The notes under the pieces are model-generated. The model did not search any database. It was not told the origin of the DNA and was given only the letters and a program-made list of their open reading frames with translations. Positions 41,342 to 55,718 of a stretch of DNA of 64,000 bases are shown here, piece after piece (within the stretch, counting starts at the first letter, position 1; each line of letters starts with the position of its first letter). A program made the position numbers and the translations under genes. The DNA is from Octopus vulgaris (lineage: Eukaryota): contig OX597832.1 in assembly GCA_951406725.2 (NCBI GenBank), positions 6,262,001 to 6,326,000 of the forward strand. The letters run 5' to 3'.

Positions 41342-41569
41342 TTAACTCATTAACATTTAAACTGGCCATATCCAACCAAAATATTCTACCTGTTTTATTT
41401 TCAAACCAATTAGATTAGGCCTATCACACCTACCTACAATGTCATTCTAAAACTAGAACAATCACATCATTGAAATCTCAAAGCTACAAGATAATCAATG
41501 AGTCATTAAAAACAATGTGAATAAATAGGCATTATATTTGACAGAGTAATCTGAAAGGCAAAGGGTTAA
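41342..41569 (-). mobile_element. TTAA MITE, family 2
   Basis: Reverse copy ending gacagagtaatctgaaaggcaaagggttaa. Confidence 0.75.
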
Positions 41570-42755
41570 ATAGAGACTAGAGAAGGAAGAAAATCAGTTT
41601 GTCACATGCATTTTGTCACCATTGGACCAGTTCTCTCTTCCTCCTCTCTCTATCTTTATTCTACTATGCCATAGAGAGGGAGAGAGAGAGAGATGAGAGA
41701 GAGGAGAGAGAGAGACTGATATAACTACATCATGCCAACTTCCTGTCTTTCTACATTGCTTCTCTTCACCAACAGAAGGCAATTTGGTTGTTATTTCCAA
41801 AGTAAATGTTATACAAATCATCCCAGTGATATGGTTTTGTGAGTATTTCTTCAGAAATTTCTGAATACAAAGCAGACAGTCATACACACAGTTCACACAT
41901 ACACACACACAAAAGATATGAATGGGTTTAAGGATGAAGAACAAAATGAAGTATTTAAGAACATCATAAAACCTTATTGACTTGAATGATACCATCAGTA
42001 ATTTATTCTGCAAACATTTTTATTTTCTTAACAGGAAGTCATAAGATGCTGATGTTTTGATGTCTGCATTTGTATGGCATAGATTAATTAAGTATAACCA
42101 CTACTCTTGCATGGAGAAACCATCTATCTTAGTATCTGCTTGAGGGAACACATCAGTTCCGTTCAGTAAGCTGATAAAGTACTTGTCAATGCTTATCAGC
42201 AGTTATAACACTAAGCTGTAACATCTTACAGTGTCTATACACACTGAAGATAATCTACATTTTTCAGAACATAGTGTGATGAGGCAAGTTACAAACCTCA
42301 ATGTCTCATGTTGAACTGTTAATCTTTACACATTTTCTCTCCCTCCATATTTTTGGTTTTTGGTTCTCTCTCTCCATTTTTTCCTCTCAAAGAGTATAGG
42401 CTCAAAACATCAAAAACTTCTTCCCAAGTGTCAAACTAATACACCTTCTTGCTGTTCCCTCATCTGTCTGTCTTTTGCTTTCTGTAAATTTGAACTATAT
42501 ATATATATATATGCTGGGTAAATCTGAAGGTGGACAAGTTTTATCGCTCTTAACAGAATATACCATAAATATACACACATATACACATATACATTCATGA
42601 ATAACACACACATACATAAACATGCCACAGGTTAGAGAGACTTTTTGAGGAAGGGATTTATGGCTAGACACCTTTCCTATTGCCAAACTTTTGCTCACAT
42701 TTTCTAAAATAGGAATATATATACACAGAGGGTGCCAAGTAAGTGAAAACAAAAT

Positions 42756-43108
42756 ACAAGAGCACTCAGAGTTCAAACCTCCACCAAAGCAACACCTACG
42801 TCCTCAATGATTAGCCAGAGATGATTTTTAAAATGAGAATATCTGAAACAACTTGACTGCTCTCACAAACGAGAATAATAAAAATGAACCTGACAGCTCT
42901 CAAAAATCAAGTAAAAAATTCTGAAAAATAATCCAGATTCCTTGTCTGTAACCAGATCAATCCCAAAATCTAATCAGTTCCTGTCAGTCATGTGACCAAA
43001 TATCCCTGAAAGTTTCATCTGAATCCATCCAGTGGTTCTTGAGATATCTTGTCCCTGGACAAACACAACTGAAAACAATACCTCCACCTTTGCTAAGGTG
43101 GAGGTAAT
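42756..43108 (+). mobile_element. Helentron-associated (HINE/DINE-like) non-autonomous element
   Basis: Subterminal acctccacc at 42777, and terminal hairpin acctccacctt-tgct-aaggtggaggt at 43080-43105 preceded by an acaaac tract. Confidence 0.6.
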
Positions 43109-45089
43109 TAAGAACAGATATCAAACACACAAAACAAAATATTTCCAGAAAACGACTTACATATTTTAACTAGATACATCCATAAAACATGTAATTCAAC
43201 AACCCCAGCCTTACTCTGAACCTAACTAGCAAAGATCACAATACTCCCAGAAATATGGTATACATATTTAACTAGATATATCACACAGTATATATGGTTT
43301 TTTGAACTAGGAGCAGTATTTTTGGAAGGGATGTTACCAGTTTCTTTCCAAGAGGGTTCATCTACCACTGACTTCCACTTGACCCCAAACTTTAACCTGT
43401 AGTTCAATGAACAGTCTGCATGCAGCAGTGCACCTCTACTAGGCAATGGCATTGGCAGGCCACCAAAACCAGGTTGATGGTAGCCATTAAGTTTTAAATA
43501 TAAGGTAGAATTGTTTTAATAGCTTTTTACCCTACATATTTGAAGGAAACTCAACGATCAGGGGTCAAATTTTAACAGGTAGCAGGGTTATATCCAACAG
43601 CTGTAGGATACATAACTCAGAGTACAGTGAAACATATACATTTCCCTGGCCCCTCCCACTACATCCTTGAGAACCTTCTCTCACTCTCTTGCCAATGATA
43701 TAGGAAGTGAGAGCTGAGAAAGTGTGGATGATCAATTCACCCTCACTATAATCTGAGTCCAGTGCAAACTCCTTGGAAAAACAAACAGGTGATGGAACTT
43801 TCACTGCAGTGGTAAGCATATCATATGCACATGCAAAAATAAATCCGATCACTTCCATGGTTTATTAATTGATGGAGGCACATGGGAGATTTGATGTGGG
43901 CAAGAACGATTGATTCTCAGGCCACCTACATGACTGCAGATGTATGGTTACCAATAGATTTTGTGAATGAAAACGTAGGTTTGGTTGTTTTATATGTTTT
44001 TAACTCCACCACAAAGAAACAAACAGGCTGTGAAAATCTTGAACTATAGATCAAGTTGCTAATTTCATTCACAATGACAAGCACAATAATTTCTTCACTA
44101 GTATTTTAAACACCTTGCCAGACAAAACCATTTGCAAATCTATTCTAAAATATTTTCACTATCAATCATATTTGTCTCATATCTAATTAATTCTTTCACA
44201 GTGTTTAGTTTCTACAAATCCTTTTAATCTAATTTGCAAAAGATATATATTTGTTACTTGAAGATAGTGAATAGCATTTTTGATAACAAGACAGCTTTAT
44301 TTTATTAAAAGAAATTTTTTTAGTCTCAATTGCCACACTAACTACCAGCTTCACTTGTTTTGTTACATTCTTAGCCTCACTCACCATATTAAACCTTTAA
44401 CCTCACTTGCTATGCTATTCCGATCTCAATAACCATAGTTACTTGCACATTACAAATTCATCTCAATACCAGGTTTAAAAGATAGGAATGCAATTAAGTA
44501 TTGGATTGAAATAGAAAATGAGCCTATTTCTAAAGATCTAAAACTTAATATTTCATTTACATTACCATTAGATAGTCAGTGAAGCAATAATAGATAATTA
44601 GCAAAAGCAAGAGTTCTGAATAATTTGTGGTTTTCTTGATTATCAACTGTTATTTTGATTATTATATATAAATTGTTTAAGATTTCTTTATTGAGAAAGA
44701 TTTTGAATAATTTAAATTACAAATAACAGCCAATAGTAATTTTTAGATGTTAAACTACATATACACACTGACATGTCCACACATATTGCAACATTTTATT
44801 GTATCTTGGGAGGGTCATTATGCCATAAATAAACACAGAGCTATAGAGTAGATTTGAAGTAGAGAGGGCACGTCATTAATAAGGTCACAAATGGCAATGG
44901 AAGATCCCTGGTAAATGTAGCTGACTAAGCAAACAATCAGTTAATTAACTAATTGACTAATAAAAGAAGTAAAACAGAACCAGTGCATGTGTTTATTATT
45001 GACATGATGCTCCTCCAAAGTTATAACAAATTTTGTTTCAACAAACACATTCACATCAAGAACCTTGCAAACCAAATGCAAAAGTGAAA

Positions 45090-45190
45090 TATCGGTTTCA
45101 AATTTTGGCACAAGGCCAGCAATTTTGGGGGAGGGGTAATTTGGTAACATTGACCCCAGTACTAATGATTCTGCCAGCTTGTGACCTTAA
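45090..45190 (-). mobile_element. Internally deleted family B SINE
   Basis: ggtttcaaattttggcacaaggccagcaattttggggg...gaccccagt joined directly to gattctgccagct. Confidence 0.6.
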
Positions 45191-48100
45191 ATACAAAAAA
45201 TGAAATTATCCACCATAAATTATTTAAAACACACAAACACTCACGCATCAGTACAAAGGGACATATGTAAAAAATTCCAGCCAATATCTTTCCAGCATTG
45301 ACCCTATCAACCATTAACTACAAACACACAAACCACAAGTCCTATCTCTCTGTGTGTGACACATTTTCTGTTTAATCCATATATACACTCCTGATTATGC
45401 TTTACAATCCAGCTTCTTTTTGAAATGTGATCTCTGCATATTCACAATCTACTCTCAACAAGTCACCTCACTTGCTTCAATGCTGGTAACAATTGATACC
45501 AATAATTCTGGCTCTAGTACCTTCTTTGGCATCGTTTCTACACAATTTTTCTTACAATTAGCAATCCTCACACAGTGGCCACAGATGAATACAGTTTGCT
45601 ATTCTGAACGGTCTAACTCAATATCTTTATCTACTCCCATCACTTGCCAACACTTCAACTCTCCAAACAGCAAAAAGCTTCTGATGGAGGAAGGGCATTT
45701 GATCTGCTAAAAAATAGTCTCTCAACTCTCAAATCACACTGACCTTTTAAAACTTGAAGGATACATTGGATAATGTATTCTTAAATGCACTATGCATGTA
45801 GAACAGACAGGACAGTCATACCTAGAATGCATTTGATTATAGGTGTGCTTGTTCAGGAGTAACCTAGGGCTGAAGAACTTTGACATTTTTTTATCACCTC
45901 CAGGTCTAATATACTCTGCAACCTACAAATGGTTTGACCAAGAAATGGTTCATTTAATCTTATTAAACAATAACTCTGCTAACTTGTCACAACTTCACCA
46001 ATTCTATGATAACTACATTCGGTAGCAAACGTGAGCTGGCATTCACAAGAAATGTGTGGGTGAAGATGGAAACCATTCTGGAAATAATAAATGAGTTAAA
46101 ATGATTAAAGCAGGATATGGGAGGTGACAAGAAGAGAAACAAGATATGTAGCTGGTTATTTTGAAGTAGTAGAAGCCATTTTGATAGCAATATGAAAGCT
46201 AGAGAGAATAATCAGCATCTGTGCACTAGTAGTTGTAGAGTATTGGTGAGATACAAGTAGGTTGGATACTAACTTATGCAAGACAGTTCATAATATTAAA
46301 TGATTTAGCTTCCACACTAAAGTGAGATTGCATGCACGAACCAAGAGGAATTATGTATATCGAAAATGAAGATTTAGAGAGAGGAGAGGTGATTTAGGTG
46401 CTCCCAATGCAGACTGAGACAGTTAAAAGAAGTAGTGGTTGGAGATCTTTGAGAAGTAGAAGAGACAACAGATGAGCAAAGATTTAAATGAGTGACAGAC
46501 TATGGCACTTTATTGTGACACCAACACCTGAAATCATGTTTTACTAGTCTGAAAGTTTTTCTTTGCCTTGTGCTTGTCATTTGCAATTCAGATTACCAGA
46601 GTTGAGCTGTCTTTGCAATAGTATCAATGTTAGTTTTAAGATAGTTCTTTGATACTTGATCATGAAGTAAACAGAATCCTTGGATTCTATATTTTAACTT
46701 AAAAGAAGAGAAGGCATTTATAGTGAGAGAATAGAAAATAAATGAAACAAGGGAGACAGAGGAAGAACATGGTACAATAATTGCAGGGATAAATATAAAA
46801 TAAAGGTATAGAAAACTTGAATAGAGATACATAAGAGTTGAAGACAAGAATGAAATTTAGTAAACTAAGGTGTTGATGATAGAGGATGAGGATGATAGGT
46901 CAGTCAGCACAAGATTTTAGTTGAGATTAAAGATTAGTTATTTAGACAAGATATTTCCAAGAGGTTGAAGCAACATAAAGCCAAAAAGAATTGTAAAAAG
47001 ACATTAATAGGAGTGGGCATACTGATGCTGCTTACTTAGAAACAATAAAGCAATAGCAAATTTTATATAAACAGGGTTTAAGATATACAATCATAGAACA
47101 ATTAATTACTAGAACTCACTATAGGAAGTTACTATCACTAATCGATAGGATTTACCTACCACTAAAATACCTCTAAAATTACTATCAGGAAACCATTGGA
47201 TGCTTTCATCCATCACTTGGACAGCAAGCTCCTTTACCTCCCACATTAAAACTATACATTCTGATTCTTAAGAGGATCTCTACCAACTTAGTAGAATCCT
47301 CCCATCAACCATTCATCAACCAAAATGACCCTGTAAACAACATAACTGATAATAGAGCCACATGTTTCACTTCCACCTATTTTGCACAAACAAAACTCCT
47401 CCCCAAATTTCTTTCTCCATCTATTTGTTCCACAGCCAGATACATACAATTGCCAAATGTGGAAACTTCTAATCACCTCAGCCAACAAACTGACCTGTCT
47501 TTAATGTTCTTTTCATTAACTTCAAACAATGCACTTTTATCTTTGCCAAACTCTTAATCCTTCTCTAAATGGATATATTCCAATTCATACAATCATTTCA
47601 AAAATGTCTCATTCTCAAGAAAAATAACTTCTGACAATGCTAACTCATTTCCAGCCTGATACCACCTCCAAACTTCCTTCTTTGTGACTAGCATGGTTCC
47701 TATAGAAACAGATCTGCTAAAAACATGCTCTTCAGCAAAAGTAAAGATATTACAACTCCTGATGTAAGCAAAACTGCTTCTGACATGCAAACTTTCTAAT
47801 GAAGGTGCCCACTCGTAGGCCAGAACCTGTCAAGCTACTTAGTCACAATCCATCAGTATGTGTAATGACAGGACTGAGTTCCATTTTATCAACTCAGTCG
47901 CATCAGAGTTTAGTTAAATCTCTCACCCATTTCCTTTTGTATAAAAATGTTTTACTGTTGCATCAAATTACACTCCTTAAATTTCCACCTACTTATGTCC
48001 TATATGTAATCAATCTAGACTCAAACTGCTTTTATGAAAACAATACTCAAAAATATTCTCCCATGTAAATATAACAGATTTCTTCAGCAGCACAGTGATA

Positions 48101-48953
48101 CAAATGCAACACTTATCAGACGACTAGTCCTGCACTACACCTCCCAAAACATAAACAACTAAAGTTCAAGTGATTACAAATAATTAATCTCTTAATCTGT
48201 ATCCCTTGTGATATTCTTATTTATTTAACATTATTAAAACTGAATCTTGTCTCAAGGATTACATATGCTATTCAGGGCCAGAAAATTCTTTAGCTGTGAT
48301 CAGTTTCAAGCTCTAAAAATCCTTGGATGTGATCTACATTTCAGTACTGATGACTAAAAAAGAAAAAAGACTTAGATGGAAAAGCTTCACACACACATAC
48401 GTGCACACACATCTACAAACACAAGCTTAAAAGGAATAGCTTCCTGCTTTTTCTGCTACTACTACAATGACGTCTAACTTTGCCAGCGGCCTACATCTTC
48501 ACCTTCCACACTTGATCCTCACAATACTTATCTCAACTGTATATCACACTTTGGATCCTGGTAAAACTCTTTACAACACCCTGGTCTATAGCTTACTAGG
48601 ATTTCTTCTCTGCCTGCCTTGGTTCTTGTAGTTGCTTATCCCCCAGATGAGGCCTATGAATAAAAACATTCCATCCATGACCATCTTACTTTATCTAAGG
48701 AGCCCTTCATTTAAAATGGTAAATGTAGTTTGAGAGAGATTTAACAGCTATTTCTAACAGGTTGAGACTGTTTGTTGCTCGGGTTTTACTTATAAAAGTT
48801 CCAACAGAACATTATCTTCTGTTGTCTGTGGGGAAACTAATAAATTCATGGACACTATCCCCTTAGTTAAACAGCATGTATTCACAAAAAAAGGGGAAAT
48901 AGATTAAAAATGAACACTATGAAGAGAAATATAACACATTTCAAATTATCTCA

Positions 48954-49164
48954 TTAACTCTTTTGATACTAACCCAACTGAGACTGCCCTTGGATTTCAT
49001 GAAACAAACTTTCCGTTTTAAAGTGATCTAATTTAAATTTTCCTATCAGGTGTTAATTTATGTTCCAAACACCATAGCTATTTTACTAAAATCTTCATTA
49101 TATTCAAAATTGATTGAAACAAAGGTAATGCATTTAAACAGAAATGTAGTAACAAAAGAATTAG
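48954..49164. mobile_element. TTAA MITE, family 1
   Basis: ttaactcttttgatac...gtaacaaaagaatta; internal similarity to 2205 and 19802. Confidence 0.65.
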
Positions 49165-50105
49165 TAAAATCTTTATATGAAGCATGTTGTAAGGAGCTTA
49201 TATTTTTGCATTAATGAAATCAGATATTGTTTTGCTGATAAACATAACTTTCCTGAGAGTAAGTCATTCAGGAATTTTGTTTATCGTTCAAATGAAATGC
49301 ATCTGGTTAAGACAGCTGAAAATGTGAATGGATAAGTAGTCAGTTCAATAGTGTGCTGTTCTCTACATTATGGCAGAAAGCTAAAGAGTGGATAGCAGCT
49401 CAAATTGCTGGGTGCCATATGAAACCAGTGAAAAACTAAAACTGTCACCTGTTGAATGAGAAACCATTACACATTTAATGGTATATAAATCAGTACATGT
49501 CATGTATAACATGGCATGCAGTAATGGATTAAAATGTTTTTAGCTCAGGTGAAAAGAGGCAATTGTTTCAGGGTAAATATAGTGTCAGCCAATTTATCTG
49601 TTTTCATCAACAGACAAGTAAACATTTGATACATTCTCTCTTGTCTTAGAATCAATGACTCATGTAAACTATATTGTGGCAGTATATCAGGCAGTTTCTG
49701 AATGTGAAAATATTTTATTTGCAGTTTAAAATTTCACAAACGAGGAAACTTTACCAGTAGATTTCACTTTCATTTTTTTTTTTATTAATATACTAATATT
49801 AATTCGTATGAGACCACTTCAGAAATGGGACTTTTGCTCTGCTTTTCAATATTAAATTTTATTGTTTACTCACAAAAGAATATTTTATATGCAACAATAC
49901 ATATTCAATAAAGTTTGAAAGCCAAAATAAATGACTGTAATTTACTGACCTCTAATCTAGTACACCCTAAGGAATATATAGATATAGTTTTGTTTTTTGT
50001 TGTTTTTTGTCACTATTCTTCAATCTAATTTTCAGATGTGAAGAAGCCAGCTATAAATCTAGGAAAATGTTTTACCTATTTTGTAATGTATTTCCTAACT
50101 TCTTA

Positions 50106-51427
50106 TGAAGGGGTAACCCAAAAGAAACCAGAATTTGGCAATATCATTTTATTCACTTAGTTTTACATATTTACACTTTTATCATCTTCAAAGTATTCTC
50201 CATTTGAAACAATGCATCAGTCCAGATGTGTTTTCCACAGTTCAAAGCAGTCCTAGAACTCTTGTGAAGTAATGCCTTTTAATGCCTCTGTCATTTTTTT
50301 TTTTTTTCTTCTCTTCCACATCTGCAAAACGTTTTCCTTTAAGGACTTTTTCATTCGGAGGAACAAAAAAAAAAGTCACAAGGAGCAAGACTGGGTGAAT
50401 AGGGAGGGTGGGTAAGTGGGATCATGCCATTTTTGGTCAAAAACTGTCTCACACTCAAAGGGGTGTGTGAAGATGCATTGTCGTAATGAAACCACCACTC
50501 TCCACTTTGTTACAGGCAGGGGCATTTTTGTCTTGTGTTTCACAAATGCTTCAGAACTGCCAAGAAAAATGTCTGGTTAAGTTTGACCAGGAGGAACAAA
50601 TTGTGTGTAGAATATTCCTTTTGCATCAATGAAACAAATCAGCTTGTCTTGACATTAGACTTCATTTGATGCTCTTTTGGTGGGGCGGGCATGGTGACAT
50701 TGAATGCTTGCTTTGACTTGATTGCTACTCCATTTCTGGACCATAGCCTTAGCACCAGCTTTCACCATCAGGGATGACCTTCGAAAAATGGTTTCAATCA
50801 ACTTCCAACTGTTCTTTCAGTTCATGACACACATTCAGTTGTGACTACTTTTGATCTTCCATGAACAAGCAAGGCACAGATTTTGCTGCAACTCTTTTCA
50901 ATCATAATTCCTTGCTCAAAATTCATTGGCAAGAGCTCCAGGACACACCAGTCATATCAACAAACTCATCAATTGTTCGGCAATGGTTTTCCAAGATAAT
51001 TCATGAATTTTCATGATGTTTTCATTAATTCGAGAGGCCAACAGTAGCCCTGAATGAGGTTGGCCTTCAAGCGACAAGTGATCACTCCTAAAGAGTGAAA
51101 ACCACTCATAAACTTGTGTTTTTGTTCATGGTAGTATCCTTGTAAGCTGTATGAAGCAGGAGAACTGTTTTAGCAGCCATTTTCCCTAGCAGAAAACAGA
51201 ATTTCATGAAAACAAGCTGTCATTTCATTTCAGCCAATGCAAAAATTGTCAAACAGAAGCACTGCAGAACAAAAACACACCACATGACATTACAACTCCA
51301 CGCAACAATGCCAATCAGCAGGCTGATGCCCGAAGGTCACATCAAGTAACTTCCAGCAGTGGAAGCCTGAACTACAACAGGCTTGTCCCACAGAGAATGT
51401 TTCCAGTTGCTTATGGCTACCCCTTCA
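50106..51427 (-). mobile_element. Decayed mariner transposon (~1.32 kb, both ends present) with pseudogenised transposase
   Basis: TA-flanked TIRs tgaaggggtaacccaaaag / cttatggctaccccttca. Minus-strand motifs MKFCFLLGK..QVYEWF, FHYDNA (HHDNA), VRQFLTKNG..HPPYSPSLAPCDFF, GKRFADVEE, SNGEYFE; stops and frameshifts. Confidence 0.92.
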
Positions 51428-52807
51428 TATATCCCCGTTATGAAAATATACTTTAATTCTCCTTCAGTTCCTCATATGCACTCTTCATTGCCCCTATATT
51501 CAAATTAATAATTTGCAAATGTTTATCACTATAATGGTTAATCTTAATACTGGATTAAACACTACTGGTTCTACACACAAAAACCGAGATGAATTGCGCA
51601 AAAATTAACATAGCTGAAAGATTGAAATAATAGTACTTCCTTCAGAAATGATTGGATTTATTCTGAATTGGTTTTCTAAATATTTCTTGTTAGATTGTGA
51701 AAACATTAATATAACAAATTATCACCTGCATTCTCTTTGTAATTTGATTAAATAGCATAGAATTTATTATTAAACATCATCTTGTTTCCAAACTTAACAT
51801 TTTCTCTTTTGTTACAAACCTTATGATTTTTGGTTAATCAGATCATACCATATTAATATTGATTCATATTGGTTTCTACAAGAGAACTTATTAGATTATT
51901 CATTGTTCAATAACATTATATACATACACAATGGATAAGGTTAGAAAACTTGATAATGTTCATAACTAATGCTGGAACAAGTTACATTGAAGGAGTCTGT
52001 TTAACATTTCTATTATCCATACACGTTTGATTTATTTTAGTCTTAAGATTATCAAAAACACACGTAGGAATATTATTTTCAATGATTTAAAGTGATTTCC
52101 CTGATTAACAATTTGTTTTTGCATATGAGAAGAAGGAGCAGTACCCCATGTTTTCTAGGCTATCACAGATTTCTGGGAAGGTGACATTCAGTTGGAAATT
52201 CAATACAGAAAGTCTGGCTACGAAGTTTCTATGCAGTCACTCACCTGCAAGAAATAGTCAGACCTCTCTCAAACCACATCTACCTTCTTTAGTAAAAGTG
52301 ACCTTAGATAATGTAGTCTTTGCAATACAAAAACCCACACAGTCATTGCTAGAATGCCTTCAGACATAGGGCTAATATGGTTGAGTAAACAAAAAAAAAC
52401 AATGTAGGCATTGCAAAATGAAGCATTCATTCCACTATTCTGACCTAACAAGAAAGTTATGCCATGAGAAATAATGAACACTTGAAGGAGAATATATTAT
52501 CACAGCAGTTGTTTTTCACTTGGGTGAAATAATGAAGTTGCAACTAAAACTAGTTTGTAGTAGCTTATTTGTTAACAAGAGAAGAAAAGCAATTTATTGA
52601 TAAATGAAATCTTGCAACAGCTGAAGAAGTAAAATATATCTATTTAAGAATATTAGTCTTTCTGCAAGAACAGTAACACAGACAAGTCAAAGACATTAGG
52701 AAAGAATGTTCCATGCCAATTAAACAATAAAGCATAAGATTTCCAGTGGTTTTCTCTGGCTCTTATTCAATTAAAAGACAACTTACAATTTTATGTTGCT
52801 ATATAAG

Positions 52808-53002
52808 TGCAGGCATGGCTTCCTAATTACATTGCTTCCTAATTTTATGGGTTTCAGTCCCATTGCATAGTACTGGAAAGTGTCTTATACTATAGCCCTA
52901 GGCTAACCAAAACCCTGTGATTGGATTTGGTAGATAGAAACTGAAAGGAGCCAAAGCAGTGCTCCAGCATGGCCACAGTCAAATGACTGAAACAAGTAAA
53001 AG

Positions 53003-53005
<3 letters not shown>
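52808..53005 (+). mobile_element. tRNA-headed SINE (family A), internally deleted
   Basis: gcaggcatggct...ggatttggtagatagaaactgaaa...gctccagcatggccacagtcaaatgactgaaacaagtaaaag. Confidence 0.7.
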
Positions 53006-53039
<34 letters not shown>

Positions 53040-53497
53040 AGGTTCACATAGAAGCCCCAGCCCATCCACAGTGCCTTGGATCGCAGAACAGCCTGCTGTA
53101 CTTACCTTGGATCGTAGGGCAACCTGCTGTGCTTGCTATTGAGTCAAGTACATCAACATCAAAAAATCAAATGGAAATTGTAACAGTGATACCTGTGCTG
53201 GTGGCATGTAAAAAGCACTATCTGAACATGGTCGATGCCAGCACCACCTTGACTGGCATCCGTGAAGGTGGCATGTAAAAAGCACCAACCGATCGTGGAT
53301 GTTGCCAGCCTCCCCTGGCACCTGTGCCAGTGGCACGTAAAAAGCACGGAGTGGTTGGCGTTAGGAAGGGCATCCAGCTGTAGAAACACTGCCAGATCAG
53401 GCCGGAGCCTGGTGCAGCCTCCTGGCTTCCCAGACTCCAGTTGAACCGTCCAACCCATGCTAGCATGGAAAACAGACATTAAACGATGATGATGATA
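53040..53497 (+). mobile_element. RTE-LINE 3' fragment / RTE-tailed element
   Basis: Internal tandem units (ggtggcatgtaaaaagcac) and terminus ccaacccatgctagcatggaaaacagacattaaacgatgatgat. Confidence 0.85.
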
Positions 53498-53538
<41 letters not shown>

Positions 53539-53929
53539 GTGGGAGGTACTGTCTCCTTGTCTAGTCATCACGTGATAGTTGTAAGCAAGTCTCACCATCA
53601 TACAAGCAGCTTCCTTCATTTCCAATCTTCAATGAAAACATGTCTGGTCATGGGGAAATACTACCTTACTTCAAAATGGATGACAGTTAGTGGCAGGAAG
53701 TGTATAGAAAATTCACCTCATCAAATTCCAAACGATCCATACAAGCATGGAAAGTACATGTTAAAGGAATGATGATGATTGTTCATTTAGAGAAACAATC
53801 TGTTTGCATGGAAATGCATATGCACTTATGATGACATTTCCCATGAGGTGGAGAAGTGCAAACATTGATAAATACAATCTCATTTGGAAACATCTAAAGT
53901 GTAATACAACTAATAGAAGCAAAAACATT

Positions 53930-54435
53930 TGTAATACAGGCAAAGTTTTCATTAAACAAATCTACAATTTTTACAACAGCACAGGCGGTACAAAACCTAT
54001 AGTTTCACAGCATTCTTCTTCAACAAACATTTACTATAAAGTACTTAGATCTGTGATGTGTGAAAGGAGTCATGTCATGAATTTTATTTGATTGCATACA
54101 CTCAATCATTCAAACATTTGTGGAAGAAATAGAAGCTGAATATAGTAATTTGCTCCACCACACTGCTATAAGATGACTTAGTGGCAGTAAATTTATCAGA
54201 AGATTTTTTTAAACTTTGGATGGATATTGACGTTTTTTGAATGAGAAAACTCATGCTCAGCCACTTCTTGAAAAGAGCAAATGAATGTGAAAATGAACAT
54301 TCTAAGCTGACAGAATGGTACATCTTAATAAATTCAATCTTAGATTTAGGTGACAAGGCATGTCTGAGTTTATATGCAAACATTACTTTGCAGTGAAAGA
54401 TAGTCAATACATACACACACACATACATGTATATG

Positions 54436-54473
<38 letters not shown>

Positions 54474-54845
54474 CACTCCAGTCTGATAATAAATAACTTA
54501 AAACACTTTCTCTGTTGTGACAAATACAACTAAGAAGCTGTTTCTTCATTTCCTTTTGAATTCATTCTAAACAGTCTCGCTAGTCTGAAGCTAGAGTAAA
54601 ACACCATTTTCTCAATCATGGTGAAAATGTGAAAGTACTAAGAATCCTTCAAACTCCATTTAACTGTATAAATGAGGAACTTGAATCAGACCAAAAACTA
54701 AAAGCTATTAACCTGCAGTGGAGTTAAAAGACAAATAATAAAAGCAAAAAGTTTATTGACTTTTATAAATGTGTCTCAGACAAAAGATACATTTCTTTAA
54801 AATCCTTTGCTTGGGAATGAGCTTTAGCAATTGGCAAAACTTACC
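53930..54845 (+). mobile_element. Decayed hAT transposase (SPIN/GTF2IRD2-like)
   Basis: TFVEEIEAEYSNLLHHTAIR*LSGSKFIRRFF (RWLS motif) and FIDFYKCVSDKRYISLKSFA (dimerisation region); interrupted by a TA microsatellite. Confidence 0.7.
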
Positions 54846-54955
54846 ATTGGTGTTGTTTTAATGTCCATTTTACCATACTTACATGGGTCAGAGGGATCCA
54901 TATAGATTGTCTATAGCTGGATGGCCTTCCTGTTGCCAACTCTCATCTGTTTCCA

Positions 54956-55432
54956 TTATCATCATCATCGTTTAACGTCTGCTTTCCATGCTGGCATGGG
55001 TTGGACGATTTGACTGAGGACTGGCGAACCAGATGGCTGCACCAGGCTCCATTCTGATCTGGTAGAGTTTCTACAGCTGGATGCCCTTCCTAATGCCAAC
55101 CACTCTGAGAGTGTAGTGGGTGCTTTTATGTGCCACCAGCATGAGGGCAAGTCAGGCGGTACTGGAAACAACCATGCTAAAATGGTGTTTTTTACATGCC
55201 ACCTGCTCAGGAGCCAGTCCAGCAGCACTGGCAATGACCTTGCTCAGATATTTTTTCATGTGCCACTGGCACAAGTGCCAGTAAAGCAATGCTGGTAACA
55301 ATCACGCTCAAATGGTGTTTTTTACGCACCACTGGCATGGAAGCCAGTCAGCTGCTCTGGCAATGACCACGCTCGGATGGTGCTCTTAGCGCTCCACTAG
55401 CACGAATGCCAGTCATGGAATTTGATTTCGAT
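54956..55432 (-). mobile_element. RTE-tailed element with diverged internal tandem units
   Basis: atcatcatcatcgtttaacgtctgctttccatgctggcatgggttggacg...; several gccacc/gccactggca units. Confidence 0.85.
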
Positions 55433-55559
55433 TTTCAAGAATGGTAATATCTCTCCATGGCCAGACATGTTTTTGCAGAGTATTGAAAATTAATGATACT
55501 GCTTGCATGACAGTAATATACATTTACAGTTATCTCATGATGTCAAGAAAAGGTGATAC

Positions 55560-55718
55560 AAAGACACACACACACACACACACACACACACTGGTCTTCT
55601 TCCAGCTTCCATTTACCAAACCCACTCACAAGACTTTAGTCAGCCCAGGGCTACAATAGAAGACATGTGCCCAAGATACCATACAATGGATTGAACCTGA
55701 AACCATGTGGTTGGAAAG
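55560..55718 (-). mobile_element. tRNA-headed SINE (family A) fragment
   Basis: (CA)n, ccaaacccactcacaagacttt...agaagaca...gaacctgaaaccatgtggttgg. Confidence 0.65.
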
